Shown here: piece after piece, positions 1 through 9,745 of the stretch
Position numbering within the stretch: position 1 is the stretch's first letter
How the letters are laid out: each line of letters begins with the position of its first letter
Source of the DNA: an uncultured bacterium
Lineage (GTDB): Bacteria; Bacillota; Clostridia; Lachnospirales; Lachnospiraceae
DNA: 64,000 nucleotides
Direction of reading: 5' to 3'
NCBI GenBank assembly: GCA_947567075.1
Contig: CANOLZ010000001.1
Span: 25,410 to 89,409 of the forward strand
Program-made: the position numbers and the translations under genes
The notes under the pieces: model-generated
Told to the model about the DNA's origin: nothing
Database searches by the model: none
What the model saw: the letters and a program-made list of their open reading frames with translations, nothing else

Positions 1-141
1 GTTGTTTATAAGAAGGAAATACCCCATGAAGGGGTGCTGTCATATGCTTTAAAGGAAAGGAAAGAGAGGAACAAACGCACAGAAGACGGCCTTCACTTAG
101 ACTTTAAGAGAGCTTTTTATGAGATGTGCGTATTTGAATAG
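1..141 (+). CDS. 3' end of an unidentified CDS entering from upstream (partial)
   Basis: Frame 1 is open from base 1 to TAG 139-141 (...DFKRAFYEMCVFE*) and is followed by a hairpin terminator at 185-217. It is too short to assign a family. Confidence 0.3.
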   Translation, partial: VVYKKEIPHEGVLSYALKERKERNKRTEDGLHLDFKRAFYEMCVFE

Positions 142-184
142 ATAGCAGGCGGCTTGAAGAGTTTATCCGCTTGATAAAAGAAAA

Positions 185-217
185 GAAACGCCAGGTTTTT
201 CCTGGCGTTTCTTTTTT
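185..217. terminator. Bidirectional rho-independent terminator
   Basis: Perfect 11-bp stem GAAACGCCAGG / CCTGGCGTTTC with a 5-nt loop, an A-run on the left and a T-run on the right. It sits between convergent CDSs. Confidence 0.65.
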
Positions 218-250
218 AAACGGATACATTTTTAGTTGTTCAAAAAAGAA

Positions 251-637
251 TCAATCATAGTCTACATCATACTTCATAATGCCGCCTGTTGTACCACTGA
301 CATCAATGTCATATTCAATCCATCCTTTTCTGAATTCAAATTCATATACAGGTCCGCCGTATTCCCAGTCATATTCCCATTTTACAAGGTAAGCGCCAGG
401 AGCATGCTGTTGGGCAATTTGCTTTGCCTTTTCAAAGGAGATACTTGCAGATGCAGTAGGAGCAGTATAAGTAGGAACAGTGGCAGCGCCAGTTCCTCCA
501 GGAAGGGCTCCAGAATTTACAAGCATCTGATATTTCATCATATCCTCATAATCCCAAGCAGAAGCTGTCGTAGGAAATACTCCAAAAACGGCGGCGGCGC
601 AAGCAACGCCTGCAATTAAGTTTTTCATTTTCATCAT
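251..637 (-). CDS. Secreted PepSY-domain protein
   Basis: Signal peptide MMKMKNLIAGVACAAAVFGVFPTTASA, then a PepSY-like module (ISFEKAKQIAQQHAPGAYLVKWEYDWE...). GAGG lies 7 nt upstream of the ATG. Confidence 0.75.
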   Translation of the reverse strand: MMKMKNLIAGVACAAAVFGVFPTTASAWDYEDMMKYQMLVNSGALPGGTGAATVPTYTAPTASASISFEKAKQIAQQHAPGAYLVKWEYDWEYGGPVYEFEFRKGWIEYDIDVSGTTGGIMKYDVDYD

Positions 638-755
638 TTTGGTTCCTCATCCTTTCTTAAAAATAAGCATATTTATAGTCAATCTTATTATAAATAAGAA
701 AAATGAAAAAATCATTAAAAAATAAGAATTTTTTATTTTTTTCTTTTAAAGTACG

Positions 756-784
756 TTGACAAGTGTATACGACGTGGATATAAT
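756..784 (+). promoter_or_regulatory. Consensus sigma-A-type promoter
   Basis: TTGACA (756-761), a 17-nt spacer, then TATAAT (779-784). It lies 44 nt upstream of the GT2 start codon. Confidence 0.55.
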
Positions 785-827
785 TTACATTAATGAAATA
801 TGGACAGGAAGAGAGGACATAAGCAGG

Positions 828-1556
828 ATGGCTATGAAAAAAGACTTAAAAGACATTAAATTATCTGTTATCATACCCTGCTACAATGAAAAAAAGACAA
901 TTCTTAAAGTGATTCATTCTGTAAGGGAATGTGGAATTCCAAACATAGAGATTATTGTTGTCGATGATTGTTCTACGGATGGTACATTGAAGGTGTTACA
1001 GACACAAGTATCCCATAAAGTAGAAAAGGTAATCTATCATAAAGTGAATAGGGGAAAGGGAGCGGCTCTGCGTCGAGGATTTCAAGAGGCTACAGGTGAC
1101 CTTGTCGTTGTGCAAGATGCAGATTTAGAATATGATCCAAAAGATTTTTTAAAGCTCGTGCAGCCTTTTATAGAGGGAAGGGCAGATGCAGATGTTGTGT
1201 ATGGTTCTAGGTATGCCAGAAGTGAGAAATATATGATTAAACATTTTTATCATAGTCTGGGGAATAAGTTTTTAACTTTTCTCTCCAACTTATTTACAGA
1301 TCTGGCTTTGACAGATATGGAGACTTGCTACAAAATGTTTAAGAGAGAGTTAATTCAGTCCATACCCATTGAGGAAGAACGGTTTGGCTTTGAGCCAGAA
1401 ATTACAGCGAAAATTGCAAAAAGGTTTTGCCGGATTTATGAAGTGCCCATAACCTATTATCCAAGAAGTTATGCCCAGGGCAAGAAAATCGGTTTGAAAG
1501 ATGGTCTGCGGGCAATTTACTGTATTTTGAAATATAATGTATTTGATATTAAATAA
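828..1556 (+). CDS. Family 2 glycosyltransferase (polyprenyl-phosphate sugar synthase-like)
   Basis: GT-A motifs SVIIPCYNE, VDDCSTDGT and QDADLEYDP (DxD). ATG 828 is preceded by GGAAGAGAGGA. The ORF-track start at 756 falls inside the promoter. Confidence 0.85.
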   Translation: MAMKKDLKDIKLSVIIPCYNEKKTILKVIHSVRECGIPNIEIIVVDDCSTDGTLKVLQTQVSHKVEKVIYHKVNRGKGAALRRGFQEATGDLVVVQDADLEYDPKDFLKLVQPFIEGRADADVVYGSRYARSEKYMIKHFYHSLGNKFLTFLSNLFTDLALTDMETCYKMFKRELIQSIPIEEERFGFEPEITAKIAKRFCRIYEVPITYYPRSYAQGKKIGLKDGLRAIYCILKYNVFDIK

Positions 1557-1634
1557 GGACAAAATAGCCGGAGAGCAGCGGGAGGCTGATTCTTCGGCTA
1601 TTTGTTCCTTTGCTGGAAAGGAAGGAAAGGACAT

Positions 1635-4600
1635 ATGGCGCTGGAGTTTTATATGGGGCCTTCTGGATCTGGGAAGACTTATAGGCTTTATCATAAAATC
1701 ATTGAAGAAGCAGAAAGAAATCCAAACAACCAGTATATGATTCTTGTACCAGAACAGTTTACAATGAGCACACAGAAGGAAATTGTCCGTATGCATCCAA
1801 AAAAAGGAATCTTGAATATTGATGTATTAAGTTTTGGCAGACTGGCTTATCGTATTTTTGAGGAAACTGGATTAAAAGAGACCGTGGTGCTGGATGATAT
1901 AGGAAAAAGCATGATTCTAAGGAAAATTGCCTCAGAGAAGGAGGGAGAATTAAAGGTACTAGGGAAACATTTGAAAAGACTTGGATATATTGAAGAGATA
2001 AAGTCCATCGTCGCTGAGTTTCTTCAATATAATATAGGAGAAAAAGAACTGGAAAGGTTAAAAAAAGGTGCAGAGACAAGGGAGCTTTTACATTGCAAGT
2101 TATGTGATATTGAAATTTTATATCATCGTTTTAAGGAGTATTTAAAGGAGAATTATACTACATCTGAAGAAATGCTCAGTTTGGCCAGCGCTGCTTTGCC
2201 AAGATCAGAAAAAATAAAAGGCAGTGTCATTGCTCTGGACGGATTTACAGGATTTACCCCTGTGCAAAACAAGCTTTTAAGACAACTCATTGCCCAGTGC
2301 AGGGAAGTTATTGTCACAGTCACATTAGGGGCAGGGGAAAACCCTTATGAGGCAGACGGAGAACAAAAGCTTTTTGCTTTAAGCAAGAAGACAATATTTT
2401 CTTTGGAACGTCTCTCTAAAGAGGCAGGGATAGAGAGAGACAGAGCCAAAGATCTATACTTGGATAAAAGTCCTGTAAAGCGTTTTGAGGGAAAGGAAGG
2501 GCTTGCTTTCTTAGAAGAGAATTTATTTCGCTATAAGTCCCAGGTTTTTGAGAAGGATCCAGAAGATATCCGCCTATTCACAGCATTTAATCCCATGGAG
2601 GAGTTAAGGCAGGTATGTATAGAAATGAAACGACTTATTCGAGAGAAAGACTACAGATATAGAGATTTTGCCATTATGTGCGGGGATATGGAAGCCTATG
2701 TACCCTATGCAAAGAGAATGTTTCAAAAATATAGTATTCCTTCCTTTTTAGATCAAAACAGGAGGATTTTACTCAATCCAGTCATTGAGTTTTTGCGGGC
2801 AGGAATTGGAATAGTATTAAAGGATTATTCTTATGAGTCTGTTTTTCATTTTGCCAGGGCAGGATTTTGGACAATGGATAAAGAGATTATGGATTTGGCA
2901 GAGAATTTTGTATTGTCAAGGGGAATCCGGGGAGGCAAGGCTTGGAGTAAGAAATTTCGAAGGCCGAAAAAAGGCTATTCCAAAAAAGATATGGAGGCGA
3001 TCAACAAGTTTCGGGAAGAGATTCTTTCTATGTTAAAACCCCTTGCTTCTTTGAAAGAAAAAAAGGGAGAAGGAACCGTAGAAGAAATGACCAAATCCCT
3101 GTATGAATTTTTATGCCAGACAAAGGTACAGGAGCTTTTGGCAAAGTATGAGGGGCAATTTGCACAGGAGGGAAAGAAAGAGAAAGAAAAGGAATTTCAT
3201 CAGATTTATAAAGAAATAATAGACTTGTTTGACAAAATGGTAGAGCTTTTAGGGAAGGAAAAGATGGATCTAAAGGAGTATGGGGAGCTTTTGGACGCAG
3301 GATTTTCTGAGATCGAAGTGGGGCTTATTCCTCTTAGCGTGGATCAAATACTCATGGGAGATATTGAGAGAAGCCGGTTTGATCACGTGAAAATCCTCTT
3401 TTTTGTAGGGCTTAATGAAGGAATTATTCCAAAAACTGGGACTAAGGGAGGGATTTTATCTGACTTGGACAGGGAAGCTTTAAAAGCCCAAGATGTGGAA
3501 CTTGCCCCTACATTGAGAGAAAGGGCGTATGTGCAAAGACTCTATTTGTATAGAAATATGACAAAGCCAGATGACTGCTTATATCTTTCCTATGTAAAAG
3601 TAAATGGAGCTGGCCAATCCGTTGCTCCTTCCAGTCTTGTAGAAGAGATAAAAAGATTGTTTCCGAAACTTTCTATGCTGGAGTCTTTAGAGGAAAGAGA
3701 CATAAACAGAATAACAGCCCCAAAAGATGGACTTGATTATTTGATAGAAGATTTACACCAGTTTGACAGCTTAGATAAAGATAAAAGGGAACTCTATGCT
3801 TGGTATTACCGCTCTCCTCAGTATGGACCGTGGCTGAAAAAACTATCAGAAACGGTTCTTGGATTTCAAAAGACAGATCATTTAAGCAAGGCAGTAGCGA
3901 GAGGTTTATATGGGACGGTTTTGGAAAATAGTATTACAAGATTAGAAAAATATGCTGCCTGCGCTTATTCCCATTTTTTAAACTATGGTTTGTTTTTAAA
4001 AGAACGGGATATGTTCTCTTTAGAGGCCAGAGACTTGGGAACGATTTTTCATGATTGTCTGGAGCAGTTTTCCAGAGAACTGTACAAAAGGGATTATAGT
4101 TGGTTTCAACTTCCTGAGGAAGAGGTGGAGGAACTGGCAGAAGAGGCCATAAGAGTCAGTTCGGAGCAGTACAAAGATGCATTGGGAAGCAGTGCAAGAA
4201 ACGATTATATGAGAATTCGTATGAAACGAATTTTATTAAGGGCAGTGAGAACTCTTTGCAGTCAGGCAAAGGGAGGAGATTTCATTCCCAAAGCATACGA
4301 AGTAGAATTTCCAGGAGAGGAGAGAATGGAAACATCCATTATCCCTCTCTCTGAGGAGGAAGAAATTCATTTAAGAGGGAGGATTGACAGAATAGACATA
4401 CTGGAAGATGGGACTCACATTTACGTGAAGATTATAGACTATAAATCAGGAGAAAAGGATTTAAATCTGGAGGAAATATATGAAGGACTTCAGCTTCAAC
4501 TTATGGTCTATATGAGGGCAGCTATGGAGTTAGAGAAGAAGGCCCATCCAGAAAAGGAGATACTCCCTGGAGGGATTTTGTACTATCATATTGAAGATCC

Positions 4601-5051
4601 CCTTGTAGATATGGAGGAAGGGGAGGGGGCAGAAGAGATTGAAAAAAAAATCACTTCCAAGCTTCGCATGAAAGGTATGGTAAATGAAGATAATAATGTC
4701 TTGGAAAAGATGGACAGGAAAATGATGGGGAGGTCAGACATTATACCTGTAAGATGGAATAAGGACAAAAGCCTGTCAAAGGATTCCTCCACATTTTCTT
4801 TAGAAGAATTTGATGCATTGTCTCAGTTTGTAAGGGAAAAGATTAAAGAAATGGGAAGGGAAATATTATCAGGAAAGGTAGCTAGGAATCCCTATGAGAT
4901 GGGAACCAGGGATGCCTGTCTATACTGTGGGTATAAAGGAATATGCAGTTTGGAAAAGGCAAAAGACGGGGAGCAAAGAAGAGTGGTAAAAAAGAGGACA
5001 AAGGAGGAAATATGGAATGATATTCACTCCAGATCAACAGAAAATCATTGA
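1635..5051 (+). CDS. addB: Helicase-exonuclease AddAB subunit B
   Basis: MALEFYMGPSGSGKTY Walker A at the N-terminus. The C-terminal nuclease/Fe-S region has CLYCGYKGIC. Size is ~1140 aa, and it lies directly upstream of and overlapping addA. Confidence 0.9.
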   Translation: MALEFYMGPSGSGKTYRLYHKIIEEAERNPNNQYMILVPEQFTMSTQKEIVRMHPKKGILNIDVLSFGRLAYRIFEETGLKETVVLDDIGKSMILRKIASEKEGELKVLGKHLKRLGYIEEIKSIVAEFLQYNIGEKELERLKKGAETRELLHCKLCDIEILYHRFKEYLKENYTTSEEMLSLASAALPRSEKIKGSVIALDGFTGFTPVQNKLLRQLIAQCREVIVTVTLGAGENPYEADGEQKLFALSKKTIFSLERLSKEAGIERDRAKDLYLDKSPVKRFEGKEGLAFLEENLFRYKSQVFEKDPEDIRLFTAFNPMEELRQVCIEMKRLIREKDYRYRDFAIMCGDMEAYVPYAKRMFQKYSIPSFLDQNRRILLNPVIEFLRAGIGIVLKDYSYESVFHFARAGFWTMDKEIMDLAENFVLSRGIRGGKAWSKKFRRPKKGYSKKDMEAINKFREEILSMLKPLASLKEKKGEGTVEEMTKSLYEFLCQTKVQELLAKYEGQFAQEGKKEKEKEFHQIYKEIIDLFDKMVELLGKEKMDLKEYGELLDAGFSEIEVGLIPLSVDQILMGDIERSRFDHVKILFFVGLNEGIIPKTGTKGGILSDLDREALKAQDVELAPTLRERAYVQRLYLYRNMTKPDDCLYLSYVKVNGAGQSVAPSSLVEEIKRLFPKLSMLESLEERDINRITAPKDGLDYLIEDLHQFDSLDKDKRELYAWYYRSPQYGPWLKKLSETVLGFQKTDHLSKAVARGLYGTVLENSITRLEKYAACAYSHFLNYGLFLKERDMFSLEARDLGTIFHDCLEQFSRELYKRDYSWFQLPEEEVEELAEEAIRVSSEQYKDALGSSARNDYMRIRMKRILLRAVRTLCSQAKGGDFIPKAYEVEFPGEERMETSIIPLSEEEEIHLRGRIDRIDILEDGTHIYVKIIDYKSGEKDLNLEEIYEGLQLQLMVYMRAAMELEKKAHPEKEILPGGILYYHIEDPLVDMEEGEGAEEIEKKITSKLRMKGMVNEDNNVLEKMDRKMMGRSDIIPVRWNKDKSLSKDSSTFSLEEFDALSQFVREKIKEMGREILSGKVARNPYEMGTRDACLYCGYKGICSLEKAKDGEQRRVVKKRTKEEIWNDIHSRSTENH

Positions 5052-8000
5052 CTTAAGGGAGAAAAACATCCTAGTCTCTGCTGCTGCGGGCTCTGGAAAA
5101 ACCGCTGTTTTAGTAGAGAGAATTTTACAGAAAATTTGTGATGAACAGAAGCCAGTGGATGTGGATCGCCTCCTAATTGTTACGTTTACCAATGGGGCAG
5201 CAGCAGGAATGAAAAAGAAAATAAGTCAGGCTATTAGAAATAAGCTCCTTTCTGACAGCAATAATGAACATTTACAAAGGCAGGGAATTTTGTTAAATCA
5301 TGGAAATATTACAACGATCCATAGCTTTTGTCTGTCAGTTCTTAGGAACCATTTCCAAATTATTGGATTGGATCCCTCCTTTCGTATTGCCGATGAAGGA
5401 GAGTTGAATTTGCTAAGGGGACAAGTTGTAAAAGAAGTATTGGAAGAAGCCTTCAAGAGAAAGGAACCAGGGTTTTATCATTTTGTGGAGAGCTTTGCCC
5501 CTAAAAAGACAGACGACATATTAGAAGAACTTATTTTAAAACTGTACCATTTTTCCATGAGTGATCCAAACCCAAAACAGTGGCTTATTACAGCTAAAAA
5601 TAATTATGATATAAAAGAAGGCGCTTCCTTACAAGAGCTAAGCTGGTTTCAGGATGTATGGAAGGAAATAAAGAATAATGTTCTTGAAATGAAGGTACAA
5701 ATAGAGCAGGCAGCTTCCTACTGTCTGGAGGAGGACGGCCCTCTCCCCTATTTGGATGCCATTCAGTCTTATGAAAATCTAATGCATCACCTGGAAAAAT
5801 GTACATCCTTTTCAGAATACAGAGAAGCTTTATTAAATAAAAATGTGAAATCCCTTGTGGGCAAAAGGGCTGCCAGTGCAGATCAATGGAAAAAAAAACG
5901 AGTAAAGGAAATAAGAGATAAAGTAAAAAAGAGATTAGAAATATTGGAAAAGGAGTATTTTTTTGCAGAAGAGGAAAAGATGCTTATGGAACTTAGGGCA
6001 TGTGGACAAAGTGCAAAAGAGCTTGTAGACCTGACTCTCCAATTTATAGATGGGTATACAGAGGCAAAAAGAGAAAGAAATATCATTGATTTTTCGGATT
6101 TAGAGCACCTGACCTTACAAATTCTTGTAAAAGAGGAAAATGGCAAATTTCTTCCAAGGGAAACAGCAAAGGAATATATGGAATATTTCGACGAAATTAT
6201 GATTGATGAGTACCAAGACAGCAATTATGTGCAGGAATGTATTTTATCTTCTATTTCTAAAGAGCCATGGGGAAGGTATAATTATTTTATGGTAGGGGAT
6301 GTGAAACAGAGTATTTACAAGTTTCGTCTGGCCAGACCAGAAATTTTTATGGAAAAGTATGAAAAGTATACAGAAGAAGACAGCCCTATGCAAAAGGTAA
6401 ACTTACATAAAAACTTCCGAAGCAGAAAAGAAGTACTCTCTATGGTGAACTTTATGATGAAACAGGTAATGGGAAGAGATTTAGGTGGCATTGAATATGA
6501 CCAATTAGCGGCCTTGCATTTAGGGGCCGATTATCCAGACCCGGTTTCGAAAAATGCCAATGATACAGAACTTCTTCTTGTTTGTGGAGAAGAGGAGGGA
6601 ATTTCTTCAAGGGAGCTGGAGGCAAAACTCATTGCCAAGAAGATAAAAGACATAGTGGGAAACCAGGTTGTGGTATCCAAGGAGTATGAAGAAAATAAAG
6701 AGGACGCAAAGGAAAAAGGCATTGTTTATCGGAAGGCAAAATATAGAGACATTGTCATTTTACTGCGCACAAATGCAGGATGGGATCAGGTGTTCTATAA
6801 AGTATTAACAGAGGCAGGGATTCCAGTACATATTGGATCGAAAACGGGATACTTTTCTTCGGCTGAAGTAGGGACAGCATTGGACTTTTTAAGAATTTTG
6901 GACAATCCCCTTCAGGATATTCCTTTAATGAATGTAATGAAATCCATATGGGGAGAATTTACAGATGAAGAAATAGCAATCCTTTCTATAGGAAGGCAGA
7001 AAAAATGCCTTTATAAGAGACTGTTGGAGGGCAGCGATGAAATACTCCTTCAGGAGAAGACAAATAGATTTCTCTCTCTTATACAAAAATATAGGAGGAT
7101 GCTCCCATATACAACGGTCAATGAGCTCCTTTTAGCCTTGTATGAGGAAAAGGGATTTTACTATTATATGGGGGCGTTGCCAGGAGGAAGACAGAGAAGG
7201 GCTAACTTGGATATGCTCTTAGAAAGGGCAGGAGATTTTGAAAAAATAAGTTTTAAGGGCTTATTCTACTTTGTCCGGTACATAGAAGGACTAAAACAGT
7301 ATGATATAGATTATGGGGAAGCCAGCGTCCTTGGAGAGGAGGATAACGTAGTCCGTATTATGAGTATTCATAAAAGTAAAGGATTAGAGTTTCCCATTTG
7401 CTTTCTCTCAGGAATACATAAAACATTTCATGAAATGGATTTACGTAAAAGTGTTATTATGGATCCCGATTTGGGAATTGGGATGGATTATGTAGATCCT
7501 AAGCTTCGCATGAAAGCGCCAACGATTTTAAAAAGGGTTATGGGGAGAAAAGGAAAAATAGATAACATTGGAGAAGAGTTAAGACTTCTCTATGTGGCAA
7601 TGACAAGGGCTAAGGAGAAATTGTTTTTTACAGGTTATATAAAAGATTTAGAAAAACAGTGGAAAAAGATTTCCTCTATTCCAGGCAGAGAAGAGGAAAA
7701 GCTCAGATTTTCCATTGTGTCAGAGGCTGGAAGCTATTTAGAGCTTCTCTTAGCGGCTCTTGCCAGACATCCTGGCTTTTTAGATGTAGTAAAAAAGGAA
7801 GGGATAGAGACAGATATAATAGGATGTTTTACAAAAGATCTCCCTCCCTTACAAATAAAAATATGTTCTATACAAGAATTGGTGGAAGGGGAAATTGAAG
7901 AGGAAGTATGCAAGGAAGAGAAGGAAGTTTTTTATAAAGAAATGGTAAAAAGGATCGAAGAGGGGGATGTTTTTTCTAAAAATATGAGGGAACATATTGA

Positions 8001-8697
8001 GAAAAGGTTCTCTTATGAATACCCCCATCCTTCTTCCGCCCTTCTGTACAAAAAAATATCAGTTACAGAACTAAAGAGAATGGAGCAGAGAGGTGAAGAT
8101 GAGGAAGGAGAAAGACTGTACCAGGAACCCATACTAATTCCATATATTCCCCAGTTTATTGAAACAGCCAAAGAAGGCTTAGGGGCCATGAGAGGAACAG
8201 CCTATCACAAAGTGATGGAGCTTTTAGACTTTGGAAGGGAATATACACAAGAGGAATTGAAAGGATTTTTTGAGACAATAAAAAACCAAGGAAAAATACA
8301 AGAAAAAGTCCTTGACTATGTCGATAAAGAAGATATAGAGAAGTTTCTTCATACTTCTTTGGCTAAAAGAATGCAGGAAGCATATAAGAAGGGAAGACTA
8401 AAAAGGGAGCAGCCCTTTGTATTAGAGTATGAGGCAAAGAGGATTCACCCTTCCTTTCCAGAAGGAGAAAGAATATTAGTACAGGGAATTATTGACGCAT
8501 ATTTTGAAGAAGATGACGGACTGGTTTTGTTAGATTATAAGACGGACAGGGGAAAGAGTGAGGAGGAATTAGCTGAGCTTTACCGAGTGCAGCTAGATTA
8601 TTATGCAGAAGCAATGGAGCGGCTGACAGAAAAAAGGGTGAAGGAGAAAGGCATCTATTCCTTTGGACTCCACAAGGTTATCTTATTATCATGTTAA
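5017..8697 (+). CDS. addA: ATP-dependent helicase/nuclease AddAB subunit A
   Basis: UvrD/Rep motifs AAAGSGKT, DEYQDSN and VGDVKQSIYKFR. The C-terminal RecB-type nuclease has GIIDAYF...LLDYKTD. 1226 aa. Confidence 0.92.
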   Translation: MIFTPDQQKIIDLREKNILVSAAAGSGKTAVLVERILQKICDEQKPVDVDRLLIVTFTNGAAAGMKKKISQAIRNKLLSDSNNEHLQRQGILLNHGNITTIHSFCLSVLRNHFQIIGLDPSFRIADEGELNLLRGQVVKEVLEEAFKRKEPGFYHFVESFAPKKTDDILEELILKLYHFSMSDPNPKQWLITAKNNYDIKEGASLQELSWFQDVWKEIKNNVLEMKVQIEQAASYCLEEDGPLPYLDAIQSYENLMHHLEKCTSFSEYREALLNKNVKSLVGKRAASADQWKKKRVKEIRDKVKKRLEILEKEYFFAEEEKMLMELRACGQSAKELVDLTLQFIDGYTEAKRERNIIDFSDLEHLTLQILVKEENGKFLPRETAKEYMEYFDEIMIDEYQDSNYVQECILSSISKEPWGRYNYFMVGDVKQSIYKFRLARPEIFMEKYEKYTEEDSPMQKVNLHKNFRSRKEVLSMVNFMMKQVMGRDLGGIEYDQLAALHLGADYPDPVSKNANDTELLLVCGEEEGISSRELEAKLIAKKIKDIVGNQVVVSKEYEENKEDAKEKGIVYRKAKYRDIVILLRTNAGWDQVFYKVLTEAGIPVHIGSKTGYFSSAEVGTALDFLRILDNPLQDIPLMNVMKSIWGEFTDEEIAILSIGRQKKCLYKRLLEGSDEILLQEKTNRFLSLIQKYRRMLPYTTVNELLLALYEEKGFYYYMGALPGGRQRRANLDMLLERAGDFEKISFKGLFYFVRYIEGLKQYDIDYGEASVLGEEDNVVRIMSIHKSKGLEFPICFLSGIHKTFHEMDLRKSVIMDPDLGIGMDYVDPKLRMKAPTILKRVMGRKGKIDNIGEELRLLYVAMTRAKEKLFFTGYIKDLEKQWKKISSIPGREEEKLRFSIVSEAGSYLELLLAALARHPGFLDVVKKEGIETDIIGCFTKDLPPLQIKICSIQELVEGEIEEEVCKEEKEVFYKEMVKRIEEGDVFSKNMREHIEKRFSYEYPHPSSALLYKKISVTELKRMEQRGEDEEGERLYQEPILIPYIPQFIETAKEGLGAMRGTAYHKVMELLDFGREYTQEELKGFFETIKNQGKIQEKVLDYVDKEDIEKFLHTSLAKRMQEAYKKGRLKREQPFVLEYEAKRIHPSFPEGERILVQGIIDAYFEEDDGLVLLDYKTDRGKSEEELAELYRVQLDYYAEAMERLTEKRVKEKGIYSFGLHKVILLSC

Positions 8698-8789
8698 GCA
8701 GTGTTAAGGACAGAGTTCTGAAGTTGCGAAATAAATAGGGATCATATATAATAGGAAGACAAACGGTGAAAAAAGCATGGAGGATGAAT

Positions 8790-9704
8790 ATGGGACAAGC
8801 AAGCAGAGCAATACAATCGAATTTGGATCCAGGGGGAAGCCATTTACAAAGGAGAGGAATACATTCTGTGAAACAACTTCCACCTAGAAGAAGAAAGGGG
8901 CTTAATAAAACCCTTCAAAGGAAATATGAATATGTAATGGGTGGGATATTATCCTTTGTGCTTCTTATATCCATTGTTCACGCTTTTTTTCAGCGTACCC
9001 AAAAGGAATTTCCCATAGATTCTCCTGCCATCGGGGGATTTGTCACAGAACTTTTAAAGGAAGGGAAAGGACAGGAAGTAGCAGACCAAGGGGAGCAGAG
9101 GGGAGAGGAGAATCCCTTGCCAGAGGGGGAGAGGAGGGATGGAGAAGCTCCTATATCTGAGAAGGAAGAGCAGCCAGCAGATCAAGAGCCCCAAGCGGAA
9201 AGTTACAGTCAGCTTCTCGTACAACTTGAAGATGCTTTGAGAAGTCAAGATACTGCTTTTTTATCAGAAAAGCTTGTATATAAAGATGGAAGTGGAACGT
9301 TCCAGAAGTATCCAGAAAGTCAAATGACAGGATTCGCCCAGTATATGGAGGAATATCCTTCAGAGAGAGAGAAATTTTTGACAAATATTCAAGAAGAAGA
9401 TGTTTATGGGGCAAGGAAAGATGGCTCTTATGTAGTAGCTCTTCCTGTTATTTATTTTGCTATTACAACAGATACAGACAATACAACAATAGTGGTAGAC
9501 ACCTTTCCATCGTCGATTATGGAGAGGAAGGATACTTTGTCCAAGGGACCTTTGCTTCCTATGGTTTATAAGATAAGGGCCAGCAATAGTGCCTGGACTT
9601 CGGAAATAAGTCAGGATGTAGAAGTAAAGTTAGAAAACGGGGGGCAAAATATGTCTGTGGAGATAAAAGGAGAGCAGCCAGAGGAAAAAGAGGAAACTTC
9701 ATAA
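8790..9704 (+). CDS. Hypothetical membrane-anchored protein with acidic low-complexity linker
   Basis: Basic N-terminus, one TM segment (GGILSFVLLISIVHAFF) and an E/Q/G-rich linker. No recognisable domain. Start chosen at the ATG 6 nt after TGGAGG (ORF-track start is 8766). Confidence 0.5.
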   Translation: MGQASRAIQSNLDPGGSHLQRRGIHSVKQLPPRRRKGLNKTLQRKYEYVMGGILSFVLLISIVHAFFQRTQKEFPIDSPAIGGFVTELLKEGKGQEVADQGEQRGEENPLPEGERRDGEAPISEKEEQPADQEPQAESYSQLLVQLEDALRSQDTAFLSEKLVYKDGSGTFQKYPESQMTGFAQYMEEYPSEREKFLTNIQEEDVYGARKDGSYVVALPVIYFAITTDTDNTTIVVDTFPSSIMERKDTLSKGPLLPMVYKIRASNSAWTSEISQDVEVKLENGGQNMSVEIKGEQPEEKEETS

Positions 9705-9745
9705 AATTTGTCAAGTGAGTATAGTCACTTTGGAAAAAGAAAGGC

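Noticed and set aside
5017-5051. The 35-nt addB/addA overlap as a possible programmed frameshift or fusion.
   Set aside because: Both ORFs are complete with normal termini. Overlapping, translationally coupled addB-addA is ordinary.
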